NCBI GenBank assembly: GCA_041394905.1
Contig: JAWKHJ010000018.1
Coordinates: 3,217-67,216, forward strand
Direction of reading: 5' to 3'
Origin: Bryobacterales bacterium
GTDB taxonomy: Bacteria > Acidobacteriota > Terriglobia > Bryobacterales > UBA6623
Length of the DNA stretch: 64,000 bases
Part shown: positions 21,826 to 31,734 of the stretch, piece by piece
How positions within the stretch are numbered: position 1 is the stretch's first letter
How the letters are laid out: each line of letters starts with the position of its first letter
Notes under the pieces: model-generated
Databases searched by the model: none
Told to the model about the DNA's origin: nothing
Seen by the model: only the letters and a program-made list of their open reading frames with translations
Program-made: the position numbers and the translations under genes

Positions 21826-23212
21826 AGGTCTTTGACGGCCGTCGTCAGGTCCCGAATCGCCTGTTTGCCATCCGAGAAGAACATGAGCGTATTATCGTTG
21901 GCGAACAGCGGATTGGGGATGCCGGCGAAGCCCGGGCTCAAGCTGCGCTTGATGACCACAACGGTGCGCGCCTTGTCCACGTCGAGGATAGGCATGCCGT
22001 AGATCGGGCTGCCCTTCTGCTCACGCGCCGACGGGTTCACGACGTCGTTGGCGCCGAGCACGATGGCCACGTCGATCTCCGGGAACATGGGGTTGATGGT
22101 GTCCATGTCGTAGAGCTTGTCGTAGGGCACATCAGCTTCCGCGAGCAGTACGTTCATGTGGCCGGGCATGCGGCCGGCGACGGGGTGGATGGCGTACACA
22201 ACTTCCGTTCCGCGCGATTCGAGCAGGTTGGCGAAGTCGCGTACAGCGTGTTGGGCCTGCGCGACGGCCATGCCATAGCCGGGCACGATGGCAACCTTTT
22301 CCGCCGTATCGAGCAACATGGCGATCTCGTCCGGGCCGGCGCTCTCCCGATGCGGCCGGCGTAGACGTCGTCGGCGGACGGGCCTTGAGCAGCCGCGCCG
22401 CCAAGGTCGCCTCGCATCACGTCGATCAGCGAACGGTTCATCGCGTCGCACATGATCTTGGTGAGGATGACGCCTGAGGCTCCCACCAGGGATCCGGCGA
22501 TGATCAACACGCTGTTGTTGAGCACGAAACCCGTTGCTGCGGCAGCCAAGCCGGAGAGCGAGTTCAGCAGGGCGATGACCACCGGCATGTCCGCGCCGCC
22601 GACGGAGGCGGTGAGCAGTACGCCGTAGAGCGCCGCCATAGCTGTTACGGCCCAGAAGACCCACAGCTGCGACGGGTCGACGACGTAGTAAGCCGACAAC
22701 GCAAGCGAAGCCAGCCCGGAGCCCATGCTCAGCGACTGATAGGCGATGCCGGTGGGCTGGAACTTGATGAGCTCCGCCAGCTTGAGGAAGGCGACCATCG
22801 AGCCGGTCAGGGTAACCGCGCCGATCAGCGTACTGAGCACGCTAGAGGAGTAAAGCTGGACAGGCGGAACGTCGGGAGCCATCTGCGGCGCAAGCACGGC
22901 TGTCGCGGCCACCAGAGCCGAGGCGCCGCCGCCAAAGCCGTTGAAGATGGCGACCATCTCCGGCATGGCGGTCATCTGCACCTTGACCGCTGCGATCGCT
23001 CCGATGACCGTCCCGATCGCGATACCAAGCAGAATCAGCTCAAAGCTGACGATCTGCTTCTCCGCCAAGGTCGCCACAACCGCAGTGAGCATGCCGAGCG
23101 ACCCGAGGATGTTGCCGCGCCGCGCGGTGCGAGGCGAAGTCAGCCCGATCAGTCCGAGGATGAACAGGACCGAGGCGACCAGGTAGGCGAAGTTGATGAC
23201 GTACGGGCTCAC
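21822..23212 (-). pseudogene. pntB: NAD(P) transhydrogenase subunit beta; one frame break
   Basis: 22154..23212 frame encodes the membrane domain (MSPYVINFAYLVASVLFILGL...). 21822..22664 frame encodes the NADP(H) domain (VAIVPGYGMAVAQAQH...GANDVVNP...). The break is at a CCC run at about 22346-22348, consistent with one lost G on the coding strand. Confidence 0.9.
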
Positions 23213-23218
23213 GTTCGA

Positions 23219-23506
23219 CTACGCCTTTTTCTTTTTCTTGAACATCGACAACATGCGATGGGTCACCAGAAAGCCGCCCACTACGTTGACGGTGGCCAAG
23301 GCGACAGCGACCGTGCCTAGGACACGCGCCAGTTGTGGCACATCCGCCCCGGCGGCGACCAGCGCGCCGACGACGGAAATGCCCGAAATGGCGTTCGAGC
23401 CCGACATCAGTGGCGTGTGCAGAGTCGGCGGAATCTTGGTGATGATTTCGAAACCGACAAAGATGGCCAGCACGAAGATGGTGAGCGCGGTGATGAAGGC
23501 ATCCAT
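23219..23506 (-). CDS. pntAB: NAD(P) transhydrogenase subunit alpha part 2
   Basis: ORF track 95 aa, three TM helices, GSNAISGISVVGAL motif. Confidence 0.9.
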   Translation of the reverse strand: MDAFITALTIFVLAIFVGFEIITKIPPTLHTPLMSGSNAISGISVVGALVAAGADVPQLARVLGTVAVALATVNVVGGFLVTHRMLSMFKKKKKA

Positions 23507-23512
23507 GGCGTT

Positions 23513-24667
23513 CTACTTTGCTTCCAGCGCTTTCTGCACCCGCGGTTCGGTCACCTTTCCGTCATGCGCCACGAGCGTCCCGGCGGTGATCTCATCCTCG
23601 AGATCGATCTGAAGCTTGCCGTCCTTCACTAAATGAGACAGCAGAGTCTGAATATTGCGAGAATACATCTGGCTCGCGTGGGCCGGCACTTGCGCCGGAA
23701 CGTTGAGCGGGCCGAGAATCTTGACGCCGCGGTAGTCCACGGTCTCGCCGGGTTGGGTCAGAGCGCAATTCCCCCCGCGCTCGGCGGCCAGATCGACGAT
23801 GACTGTACCGGGGTGTAGGCCCTGCATCATCGCCTCGGTAATCAGAGTCGGCGCCTTGCGCCCAGGCACGGCTGCCGTGGTGATGATGACATCGACGCCG
23901 CTGAGATGCTGGCCGAGCAACTCCTGTTGGCGCGCGTAGTACTCGGGCGATTGCTGCGCTGCATAACCGCCGGCGCCGGTCTTCGTTTCCACGTCGACCT
24001 TGATCTCGACGAACTTGGCGCCGAGACTTTCGATCTGCTCGCGCACTTCCGTCCGGATGTCATAGCCTTCCACGACGGCGCCAAGGCGCTTGGCGGTCGC
24101 GATCGCCTGTAAGCCTGCTACGCCCGCGCCCAGGACGAAGACCTTTGTCGGCCTGATCGTGCCGGCGGCGGTCATCATCATCGGAAACATCGTCGGTGCG
24201 TTGTCAGCGCCCATGATCACGGCCTTGTAGCCGGCAATGGAGGCCATAGACGACAGCGCGTCCATCGATTGCGCGCGGGTGATGCGCGGAATCAACTCCA
24301 TCGAAAACAGAGTCAGACCGCGAGCAGCCAGCGCCTGCATCTGCTGCGGCTGGCCGAGCGGATCGAGAAAAGCCACGATGGCCGCGCCCTTCTTGATCGA
24401 GTCGAGATCTTCGGTCGGATACTGCGGATAATCTCCGGGGCCGCGCACGAGCAGCACGATGTCGGCCTGCCCGAGCAGGGCCTTGCGGTCCGATTCGATG
24501 CGTGCGCCGTGGGCCTCGTACTCCACGTCGGAGCAAAGGGCAGACACACCGGCGCCCGCCTCTACGGCGACGTCGAGTCCGGCTTTCTTGAGGGGAGCGA
24601 TGCCTGCGGGAATGAGCGCGACGCGCGTTTCGCCAGGATAGAGCTCTTTCGGGACCGCAACGAGCAT
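23513..24667 (-). CDS. pntAA: NAD(P) transhydrogenase subunit alpha part 1 (alanine-dehydrogenase-like)
   Basis: In-frame ATG at 24667 (MLVAVPKELYPGETRVALIP) of ORF 23513..24733. VFVLGAGVAGLQAIATAKRLGA Rossmann motif. Confidence 0.9.
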   Translation of the reverse strand: MLVAVPKELYPGETRVALIPAGIAPLKKAGLDVAVEAGAGVSALCSDVEYEAHGARIESDRKALLGQADIVLLVRGPGDYPQYPTEDLDSIKKGAAIVAFLDPLGQPQQMQALAARGLTLFSMELIPRITRAQSMDALSSMASIAGYKAVIMGADNAPTMFPMMMTAAGTIRPTKVFVLGAGVAGLQAIATAKRLGAVVEGYDIRTEVREQIESLGAKFVEIKVDVETKTGAGGYAAQQSPEYYARQQELLGQHLSGVDVIITTAAVPGRKAPTLITEAMMQGLHPGTVIVDLAAERGGNCALTQPGETVDYRGVKILGPLNVPAQVPAHASQMYSRNIQTLLSHLVKDGKLQIDLEDEITAGTLVAHDGKVTEPRVQKALEAK

Positions 24668-24753
24668 GGTTGACGGAGTGAGCGGAAACCACGTTGTACC
24701 AGAATGCGCAGAGCGGTGTCGATTCGAGCGCACGGCGCGGTATCCTGGGGCGC

Positions 24754-26407
24754 ATGTTGCGCCCCTTGTTTGCCCTCTTGGTTTTTGTCGCGGCTTGGCC
24801 TGTTTCCGCAGCCGAAGACGTGGATTTGGACGTCGTTCACCGCATCCGCAACGAAGCGATGGTCAAGGGGCATGTGATGGACCACCTGTTCCAACTCGTC
24901 GACGTCCACGGGCCGCGCATCACGGGGTCGCCGGGCTTCCAGGGTGCGGCTGAATGGGCGGCCGGACAGCTGCGCGAGTGGGGCCTGGAGAACGTGAAGC
25001 TCGAGAAGTGGGGGCCATTCGGCCAGGGCTGGTCGCGCAGCTACTACTCCGCCCATCTGGTAGAGCCGGGCTACGAAATGCTGATTGGCGTGCCGCTCGG
25101 CTGGACGCCTTCGACAGACGGCGTCGTCAAAGGTTCGCCTATGATCGCGCCTCTCGAGGGCTACCCCACGGTGAAGCAACGCGAGCAGGCGATCGACGAG
25201 TACATCACGAAGTATCGCGGCAAGCTACGTGGCGCCATCGTGCTCCTTTCGCCGCTCAAAAAGGTGGAGATGAACGAGAAGGCAATGGCGCACCGTTACT
25301 CGAACGATGAGCTCGCGCGCCTGGCCGAGGCTCCCGAGGGAGCTGTTCCAATTGACTTCTCCGACCCAGACATCGAAATTCCCGACGACCCTGAGCGCAG
25401 GCGGGAGCTCTTCGCGCAGGCGCCGCCCTGGTTCGACCAGTGGCAACGTGACGAGCGCAAGCGCGTCCAGGGCAAGCTGAACACATTTCTGACTTCGGAG
25501 GGCGTCCGGCTGGTGATCGAGCCGGCCGCGAAGGGCGACGGCGGCACGGTTTTCCCACCGCGCATGGGCGACCGCGATGTGAACCATCCCCTGCCCCCAC
25601 CGGCGATTGCGATTACACCGGAACAGTACAACCGCATCTTCCGGCTAGCTGAAAAGGGCTTGGAACCACAGGTCGAAGTGGAAGTGCGTACGACTCTGCA
25701 CAAGGATACGCTCGATTCGCTGAACGTGGTCGGTGAGATTCCAGGCGGCTCGAAGAAGGACGAAGTCGTGATGATCGGCGCGCACCTGGACTCGACCGCC
25801 GCAGCGCTCGGCGCGACCGACAACGGGTCCGGCAGCGCCGTGATGCTGGAAGTCATCCGCATCTTGAAGACGCTCGACCTGAAGCTCGACCGCACCGTAC
25901 GCATCGCCCTGTGGGGCGGCGAGGAGCAAGGCCTGCTGGGGTCAAAAGCTTACGTGAAGGAGCACTTCGGCGATCCGGAAACGATGAAGCTGACCGCTCG
26001 GCACGCAAAGCTCGCCGGGTACTTCAACGTCGACAACGGCAGCGGCAAGATCCGTGGCGTCTACCTGCAAGGGAACGACATGGCGCGGCTGAATCTTGAC
26101 GCGTGGCTGCGGCCTCGCCGACCTCGGCGCGAAGACGCTCTCCATTCGCGACACGGGCGGCACCGATCATCTCTCGTTCGATGCGGTGGGCCTGCCGGGC
26201 TTCCAGTTCATCCAAGATCCGCTGGAGTACTCGACGCGCACGCACCACTCCAACATGGATGCCTACGACCGCGCCCAGCCGGCGGACCTGATGCAGGCGG
26301 CGGCGATCGTGGCCTCTTTTGTCTACAACGCGGCGAATCGCAGCGAGATGCTACCGCGCAAACCCTTGCCGGACCCGCAACCGCTCGAGCGCCCAGAAGC
26401 CCAGTAG
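24754..26407 (+). pseudogene. secreted M28-family aminopeptidase; one frame break
   Basis: In-frame ATG at 24754 (MLRPLFALLVFVAAWPVSAAE) of ORF 24694..26505, with IGAHLDSTAAALGATDNGSGSAVMLE and WGGEEQGLLGS. The C-terminus lies in the 26096..26407 frame ([21 protein letters not shown]...THHSNMD). The break is near 26105-26118. Confidence 0.85.
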
Positions 26408-26413
26408 ACTGCG

Positions 26414-27628
26414 CTAGCTCTGGAACACAGATTCGAGCCGCCGCACCTGCGCCGCGGCCAACTCCATCAGCCACCCCTCGGCATAGCGCACAGAATCGGG
26501 GCTGAGCGTGCGGATCGAGTCGAGATGACTCTTCGTCTTGCGTCCGAGCTCATATTCGCGAAGGAAGCTTTCCGGCGCGGCGGCGGTCGAGGGACGAATC
26601 AGTGCGCCTTCGATTTTCGACTGCCGCGCGATAAGCATCTCATGCTCGGCGCGAAGCTCGCCGCGCACCCGCTCGCCGGCTTTCTCGAGCGAGCGAGGCA
26701 GCTTACGGATGACCTTGTTGATGCGCTTGACGCGCTCGTCGATGTGACGCTGGATTTGTTCACGAGCCGCCTCGTAGAGCGGCGTCTGATCGCTATCTGC
26801 AAAGGGCATGCGCACCTCTGCGTACCAGCTCGATAGAGCCCAGAGGTTGCCAATGAGCTTGGCCGTCGTGATCAGCTTGCGCTTGAGACTGGTGTAGATC
26901 TCGCGGTCGAATCCCTCGACGTTCTGAGTGCGCGCGACCTCGAAGTGGACACAGCCCTGGCCAACATCGTGGCGCACGATGGAGCCGGCGGCAACCACTG
27001 CGCCGAAGTCGATGTGGACCGGGGCGACCAAGCCGACTTGTCCGCCGACAAAAACAGGCGCGGAGCGCAGCAGCACGCCGCGGACGTCACCCATCAAGCT
27101 GCCCCATTTGTCCTGGCGCGGGTCGAAGTTGAAATGCACCACCCCAGAGCCCACCTCGGAGTGGTCGTCGCGCGACGTGCCGCCCGACATGAACAGATCG
27201 CAGTAGTTGAGGATCGAGCCGGTGACGCAGGTCGCGGTGAGAATGGTGTTCTTGAATGCGACAGAGTGGGCCGCTTCCACTTCCTCTTCGAGCAGCGTGC
27301 CGGGGCGCAGTTCGGCGAAGCCGCGCACGGCGGCGCCTTCAAGCAGAGTGGCGCTGTCATAGGTTCCGGCGCCCATCTCGCAGTCGCGGCCGATCTGGCA
27401 ATCATGCACACGTGCGTGGCCGGACTGGCCGATCTTCGCTCCCCGACCGATGAAGGTCTTCGGCCCGCTGATCGTTGCGTTGTAGATGGTGGCGCCGGGC
27501 TCGATGTTCTCGATCGGCACATCGTCGGAGATGTATACGCGGTCCGAGCCCCAAACGTTCACCCCGCGATCGGACAGGCGAGCAATGCGGAGTCGGTTGC
27601 CGCCTTCGTCGTAACGATTTTCAAACAT
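26414..27628 (-). CDS. left-handed beta-helix (hexapeptide-repeat, GlmU C-domain-like) protein with helical C-terminal region
   Basis: ORF track 404 aa, intact. Repetitive I/V-G-x-x turns in the first 250 aa or so, then a charged helical tail. Last gene of the co-directional locus. Confidence 0.55.
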   Translation of the reverse strand: MFENRYDEGGNRLRIARLSDRGVNVWGSDRVYISDDVPIENIEPGATIYNATISGPKTFIGRGAKIGQSGHARVHDCQIGRDCEMGAGTYDSATLLEGAAVRGFAELRPGTLLEEEVEAAHSVAFKNTILTATCVTGSILNYCDLFMSGGTSRDDHSEVGSGVVHFNFDPRQDKWGSLMGDVRGVLLRSAPVFVGGQVGLVAPVHIDFGAVVAAGSIVRHDVGQGCVHFEVARTQNVEGFDREIYTSLKRKLITTAKLIGNLWALSSWYAEVRMPFADSDQTPLYEAAREQIQRHIDERVKRINKVIRKLPRSLEKAGERVRGELRAEHEMLIARQSKIEGALIRPSTAAAPESFLREYELGRKTKSHLDSIRTLSPDSVRYAEGWLMELAAAQVRRLESVFQS

Positions 27629-27642
27629 TCGAACCCCCGATT

Positions 27643-28812
27643 CTAGCCCATCGGGGGTGGTGTGACTTCACCGACGCCCAGGCCCGGGGCTTGGGGGAAA
27701 CAATACCCGGCGTCTCCCATCTCGACCGGGTGCTCGATGAACTGGTTCGCCCATTCGAGCACGCGCGGGTTGTATTCAACCAGATTGCAGCTCTCGGCCG
27801 CGGCGGCCAAGTGCAACGCGGCGGCGATTTGCGGACCACAGGCCGTGCTGACGTGCGGCACGACTTTGGCGCCGACCGAGGCCGCGGTCTCGGCAAGCGC
27901 AAACGATTCGGTGAGACCGACTCTGCCAAGGTCAGGCTGCAAAAACCCGACGACGCCTGCCTCGAAGAAGCGTTCGAGCTCATAGCGCGTGCGGTAGCTC
28001 TCGCCCAGCGCTAGAGGGGTCGCGATCGCTTCGTGCAGACGGCGGTGGACATCTACATCTTCAGGGTAGAAAGGCGCCTCGAGCCACAGGATGCCGCGGT
28101 TGTCGAGTTGCTTGCCAAATGCGACAGCACCCTCGGAGTCGAGCCGCCATAACGCGTCGACCGCGATTACGATGCCTTCGAAAGCGTCCTGCAAACGGTC
28201 GATCAAATCAAAGAGGTCGTCACGGGTCCGATCGTAGAAGAGCTTGTACGTGCGATAGCCCTGCTGCCAAGTTTTCCGAGCGGCCTCGACGCGGAGGGCA
28301 TTCGTGTCGCCGGCCAGACCGGAGACGTAGGCCGGCAGCTGCGACTTGGGGCTGTGCGCAACGAGAGCGGCGGCCGGCTTGCCTACGGCTTTGCCGGCCA
28401 AGTCCCACAAGGCGAGATCGACGCCGGCGATGGCATCCAGCATGAAGCCGCCGGTCTGACCGCGCACGCGCATGGTCGCGTACATGCGGCGATAGAGCTC
28501 AGCGATACGCTCGGGCGTCGAGTCGAGGTCTTCGCCGACAATGGCCGGTCGCAGCAACAACTCGACGATCGAACAGGCCACTTCAGGAGCGAGCGGCGCT
28601 TGCGCCTCGCCCCATCCCTCTAGGCCGTCGTCCGTGCGCACGCGGACGAGCGCAGTCTCGAAGCGCGACGAATAGAGGGTAGGAAACGTGGATGACCAGT
28701 GGTAGGCGAACTGGCCCTGCTGCAACTTGGCGGGCAAGCCCGCCGCGCCCGTGCCGGCGGCGACGTCACGGGCGAGCTTGACGGGAAAAGCGTCGAGAGC
28801 AGCGATTTTCAT
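27643..28812 (-). CDS. enolase-superfamily enzyme (mandelate racemase/muconate lactonizing family; probable acid-sugar dehydratase), cytoplasmic
   Basis: ORF track 389 aa. GWGEAQAP, IAGVDLALWDLAGK, and the metal-ligand pattern AVDA / WLEAP / LGES. Confidence 0.8.
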   Translation of the reverse strand: MKIAALDAFPVKLARDVAAGTGAAGLPAKLQQGQFAYHWSSTFPTLYSSRFETALVRVRTDDGLEGWGEAQAPLAPEVACSIVELLLRPAIVGEDLDSTPERIAELYRRMYATMRVRGQTGGFMLDAIAGVDLALWDLAGKAVGKPAAALVAHSPKSQLPAYVSGLAGDTNALRVEAARKTWQQGYRTYKLFYDRTRDDLFDLIDRLQDAFEGIVIAVDALWRLDSEGAVAFGKQLDNRGILWLEAPFYPEDVDVHRRLHEAIATPLALGESYRTRYELERFFEAGVVGFLQPDLGRVGLTESFALAETAASVGAKVVPHVSTACGPQIAAALHLAAAAESCNLVEYNPRVLEWANQFIEHPVEMGDAGYCFPQAPGLGVGEVTPPPMG

Positions 28813-28832
28813 GGTTCAGCTTCGAGCGCCGC

Positions 28833-29735
28833 CTAATAAACCAGCTTGCGCAACTGCGCCAGCTCGTCGAGCCCTGCGGCGTCGAGTGAGCGCGTCGGCT
28901 CGCGCACCGTGGCCGTCTTGATGATGCCGCGCGACACCAGGTTGTGCTTGGCGGCGGAGACGCCTAGGCCAGGTTGCAGCTCATAGCGAATCAACGGCAG
29001 CGCGCGCACGAATACTTCCCAGGCCTGCCCTGCGTCGCCGGCCTCGAGCGCGTTCCAGATCGCGACGAACAAACTCGTCATGTCAGCCGCAGGCATCACA
29101 CCGCGGGCGCCACGCTGGATCTCCTCGATCATGAACTGACCGTTGAGACCGCCCATCAACGTGACCGCTTCGCCGACCGCCCCGGCTACTGCAGTGATCT
29201 TCGGGGCCGTCGGCGGCGCCTCAACCTTTGCATATGCCACCCGCTCGACCTCGCGCCCGAGCCTGGCCAACAGCGCCGGAGGCATGGCGACGCCGGAGAG
29301 CATCGGCGCGTCCTGCACCATGATCGGAATCGTCACCGCATCCGAGATCGCACGGTAAAAAGCCACCACGCCCTCGCCGTCGGGCTTGAGGTAGTAAGGC
29401 GGCAGCACCATCAGCGCATTCGCCCCCAGGCCCTCCAGCATGCGGCAATCTTCCACCGCCGCCAGCGTCCCTGTGGCCCCGACTCCGGCAACCAGCGGAA
29501 CCCTTCCGTCAACATGGCGCGCGATCGTTTGCATCAGCTCGCGCTTCTCCGAAGAGAGCAACGCATAGCCTTCCCCCGCGTTGCCGAAAACACCGAGGCC
29601 GTGTGCGCCCTGTTCGATCAAATCGTCGGCGAGGCGCCTTTGGCTATCCAGATCGACCGAGCCGTCCTCGAAGAACGGCGTCGCGAGAATGGGGATGACC
29701 CCTTTGAGCAGCGGTTCCATCAAGCTCCTTGTCAA
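28833..29735 (-). CDS. DapA/dihydrodipicolinate-synthase-family lyase (2-keto-3-deoxy acid-sugar aldolase/dehydratase-like)
   Basis: ORF track 300 aa. ILATPFFEDGSVDL, GVFGNAGEG and the family TIM-barrel layout. The start overlaps the gntR stop by 4 nt. Confidence 0.8.
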   Translation of the reverse strand: MTRSLMEPLLKGVIPILATPFFEDGSVDLDSQRRLADDLIEQGAHGLGVFGNAGEGYALLSSEKRELMQTIARHVDGRVPLVAGVGATGTLAAVEDCRMLEGLGANALMVLPPYYLKPDGEGVVAFYRAISDAVTIPIMVQDAPMLSGVAMPPALLARLGREVERVAYAKVEAPPTAPKITAVAGAVGEAVTLMGGLNGQFMIEEIQRGARGVMPAADMTSLFVAIWNALEAGDAGQAWEVFVRALPLIRYELQPGLGVSAAKHNLVSRGIIKTATVREPTRSLDAAGLDELAQLRKLVY

Positions 29736-30448
29736 TCCGCCGCCGGCGCCGCTTCTTGGCGCTCGAGGTCGGCGAGAAGATTACGTTGGGCGCGGCGGAT
29801 GTGATCGGCCAACGCCTGGCCCAGTTCGGCGGCTTGGCGCCGGCCTAAGGCGTTCAGAATTTCGCGGTGCTCCGTCTGCTCCTGCGCCACGCGGGCGCGC
29901 CATTCCTCGGTGGCCGAGTGGATGCGCGCGATTTTGATGTGCGCCTCGAGCTCTTCATAGATCTCGTAGAGCTTGCGGTTGCCGCTCAAGCGAACCAGAC
30001 GGCGGTGGAACTCCGTGTTGAGCTCCTCGTGGCGCTGGCGCTGCTCGGCGTCCTCCACTGTCTCGTCCATGGCATCGACCATCGCCGTCAACTGATCGAG
30101 ATCATCCGGCGTGAGGTTCGAGACCGCGGACTCGGCGGCGAGCCGCTCGAGCGCGGTGCGCACCTCGAACGTCTCTGCGATTTCGCGCGGATCGATGCGC
30201 GCAATGTAGGTACCGCTGCGCGGAATGATCTCGACGAAACCGGCATCCGCGAGACGACCGATCGCCTGACGTACCGGCATCTGGCTGACGTCGAATGTCT
30301 CAGCGAGAGCCGGAATGTCGATCCGTTCACCGGGCTCGAAACGGCGGCCCAGAATAGCCGCGCGAATGCGCTCGTAGACATCATCGGCTATACGCCGGCG
30401 GTGAATCTTGGCGAAGCCGCTCGCTCTGGATTTGCGCGCTTTCTTCAT
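29732..30448 (-). CDS. GntR-family (FadR/FCD-type) transcriptional regulator
   Basis: ATG at 30448 (MKKARKSRASGF...) within ORF 29732..31195. wHTH IPALAETFDVSQMPVRQAIGRLADAGFVEIIPRSGTYI followed by a helical FCD domain. ATGA overlap with the MFS stop. Confidence 0.85.
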   Translation of the reverse strand: MKKARKSRASGFAKIHRRRIADDVYERIRAAILGRRFEPGERIDIPALAETFDVSQMPVRQAIGRLADAGFVEIIPRSGTYIARIDPREIAETFEVRTALERLAAESAVSNLTPDDLDQLTAMVDAMDETVEDAEQRQRHEELNTEFHRRLVRLSGNRKLYEIYEELEAHIKIARIHSATEEWRARVAQEQTEHREILNALGRRQAAELGQALADHIRRAQRNLLADLERQEAAPAAD

Positions 30449-31734
30449 CGTGCAAGCGCCTCTCGTGGCTGCGCCTGATCTTCGTCGATCCCGCCCTTGA
30501 CCAATGCCCGCAGCAAAAGATAGGCGGCGGGATGGAGGAACGACATCACTACAAAAATAGTCGCATAAGAATAGTGCTCGACTACATAGCCCACCGCACC
30601 GGTTGCGAGTACGGAGCTCAGCGAGCTTCCCAAACCAACCAATCCGGAGACGGAGCCGACGATGGCCGTGGGGTAGATGTCGTTCGTCATCGTCATTTGG
30701 TTGGTTTTCCACGACATGTGCGCGAAGGTAATCAAGCAAATTGCCGCGACCGCAATGACGTTCGACTCGGTCCAAGCGACGACCATGCCCAGCGGCATGA
30801 GCAACGCGCTGAACAGCATCACCCGGCTGCGAGCCTTCACCGGAGAGAGCCCGGCCTTGATCAACCGGCCCGAGGCGTAGCCGCCGAGCATGGAGCCGAT
30901 ATCCGCGGTGAGATAAGGAATCCAGGAGGTAAGCGCAACCATCTCGATGGTGAAGCCCCGATCCTCCTGCAAGTACTTGGGCAGCCAAAACAGATAAAAC
31001 CACCAAACCGGGTCGGCGACCACGCGCGTCAAAAACAATCCCCAGGTTTGCGGGAATTTGAATAGGTCGCGCCAGCGGATCTTCGTTTCCCGGCGGTTGA
31101 ACGCAGCCTCGCGCGCAATCATCTGCCGCTCGTCTTCGGTGACACGCGGATGCTCGTCCGGCGTCCAGTAGAGGCGCATCCAAAAAACCAGCCACACGAA
31201 GCCCGCCGCGCCAGTGATGACGAAGGCCGCGCGCCAGCCGTAGCTACGGTAGATCCAGACAATCAGCAGCGGCGCGACGATCGCGCCGGTCGCCGCCGCC
31301 GCGTTCACCAAGCCATTTGCGAAACCGCGTTCCTTGGGAGGAAACCACTCCGAGACAGCTTTCTCCGCCGCGAGGAAATTGCCCGCCTCGCCGGCGCCCA
31401 GCAGCGCACGGAACAGCCCTAGCGTCAGCGCCCCGCGCGCCACGCCGTGCAACATGTTGGCCAGCGACCACCAGACCATCGCCACAGCCAATGCAACGCG
31501 CGTTCCCCAGCGGTCGATCAGCAAGCCCCAGACGATGTACATTCCGGAGTAACAGATCAGAAACCCCTGAAGTATCTGCGAGTATTCGATATTCGAAAGG
31601 CCGAATTCGTCTGAAATCTGAACGGCGAGAACCGACAGCGTCTGACGATCGACGTAGTTGATCACCGTGGCGAAAAACAACAACGCCGCGACACGCCAGC
31701 GGATGTTCGGCGTCTTTGCAGCGGCGTCGGTCAT
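30445..31734 (-). CDS. MFS transporter, anion:cation symporter type (hexuronate/galactonate-like)
   Basis: ORF track 429 aa, 12 predicted TM segments. NYVDRQTLSV and GAGEAGNF motifs. Confidence 0.8.
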   Translation of the reverse strand: MTDAAAKTPNIRWRVAALLFFATVINYVDRQTLSVLAVQISDEFGLSNIEYSQILQGFLICYSGMYIVWGLLIDRWGTRVALAVAMVWWSLANMLHGVARGALTLGLFRALLGAGEAGNFLAAEKAVSEWFPPKERGFANGLVNAAAATGAIVAPLLIVWIYRSYGWRAAFVITGAAGFVWLVFWMRLYWTPDEHPRVTEDERQMIAREAAFNRRETKIRWRDLFKFPQTWGLFLTRVVADPVWWFYLFWLPKYLQEDRGFTIEMVALTSWIPYLTADIGSMLGGYASGRLIKAGLSPVKARSRVMLFSALLMPLGMVVAWTESNVIAVAAICLITFAHMSWKTNQMTMTNDIYPTAIVGSVSGLVGLGSSLSSVLATGAVGYVVEHYSYATIFVVMSFLHPAAYLLLRALVKGGIDEDQAQPREALAR

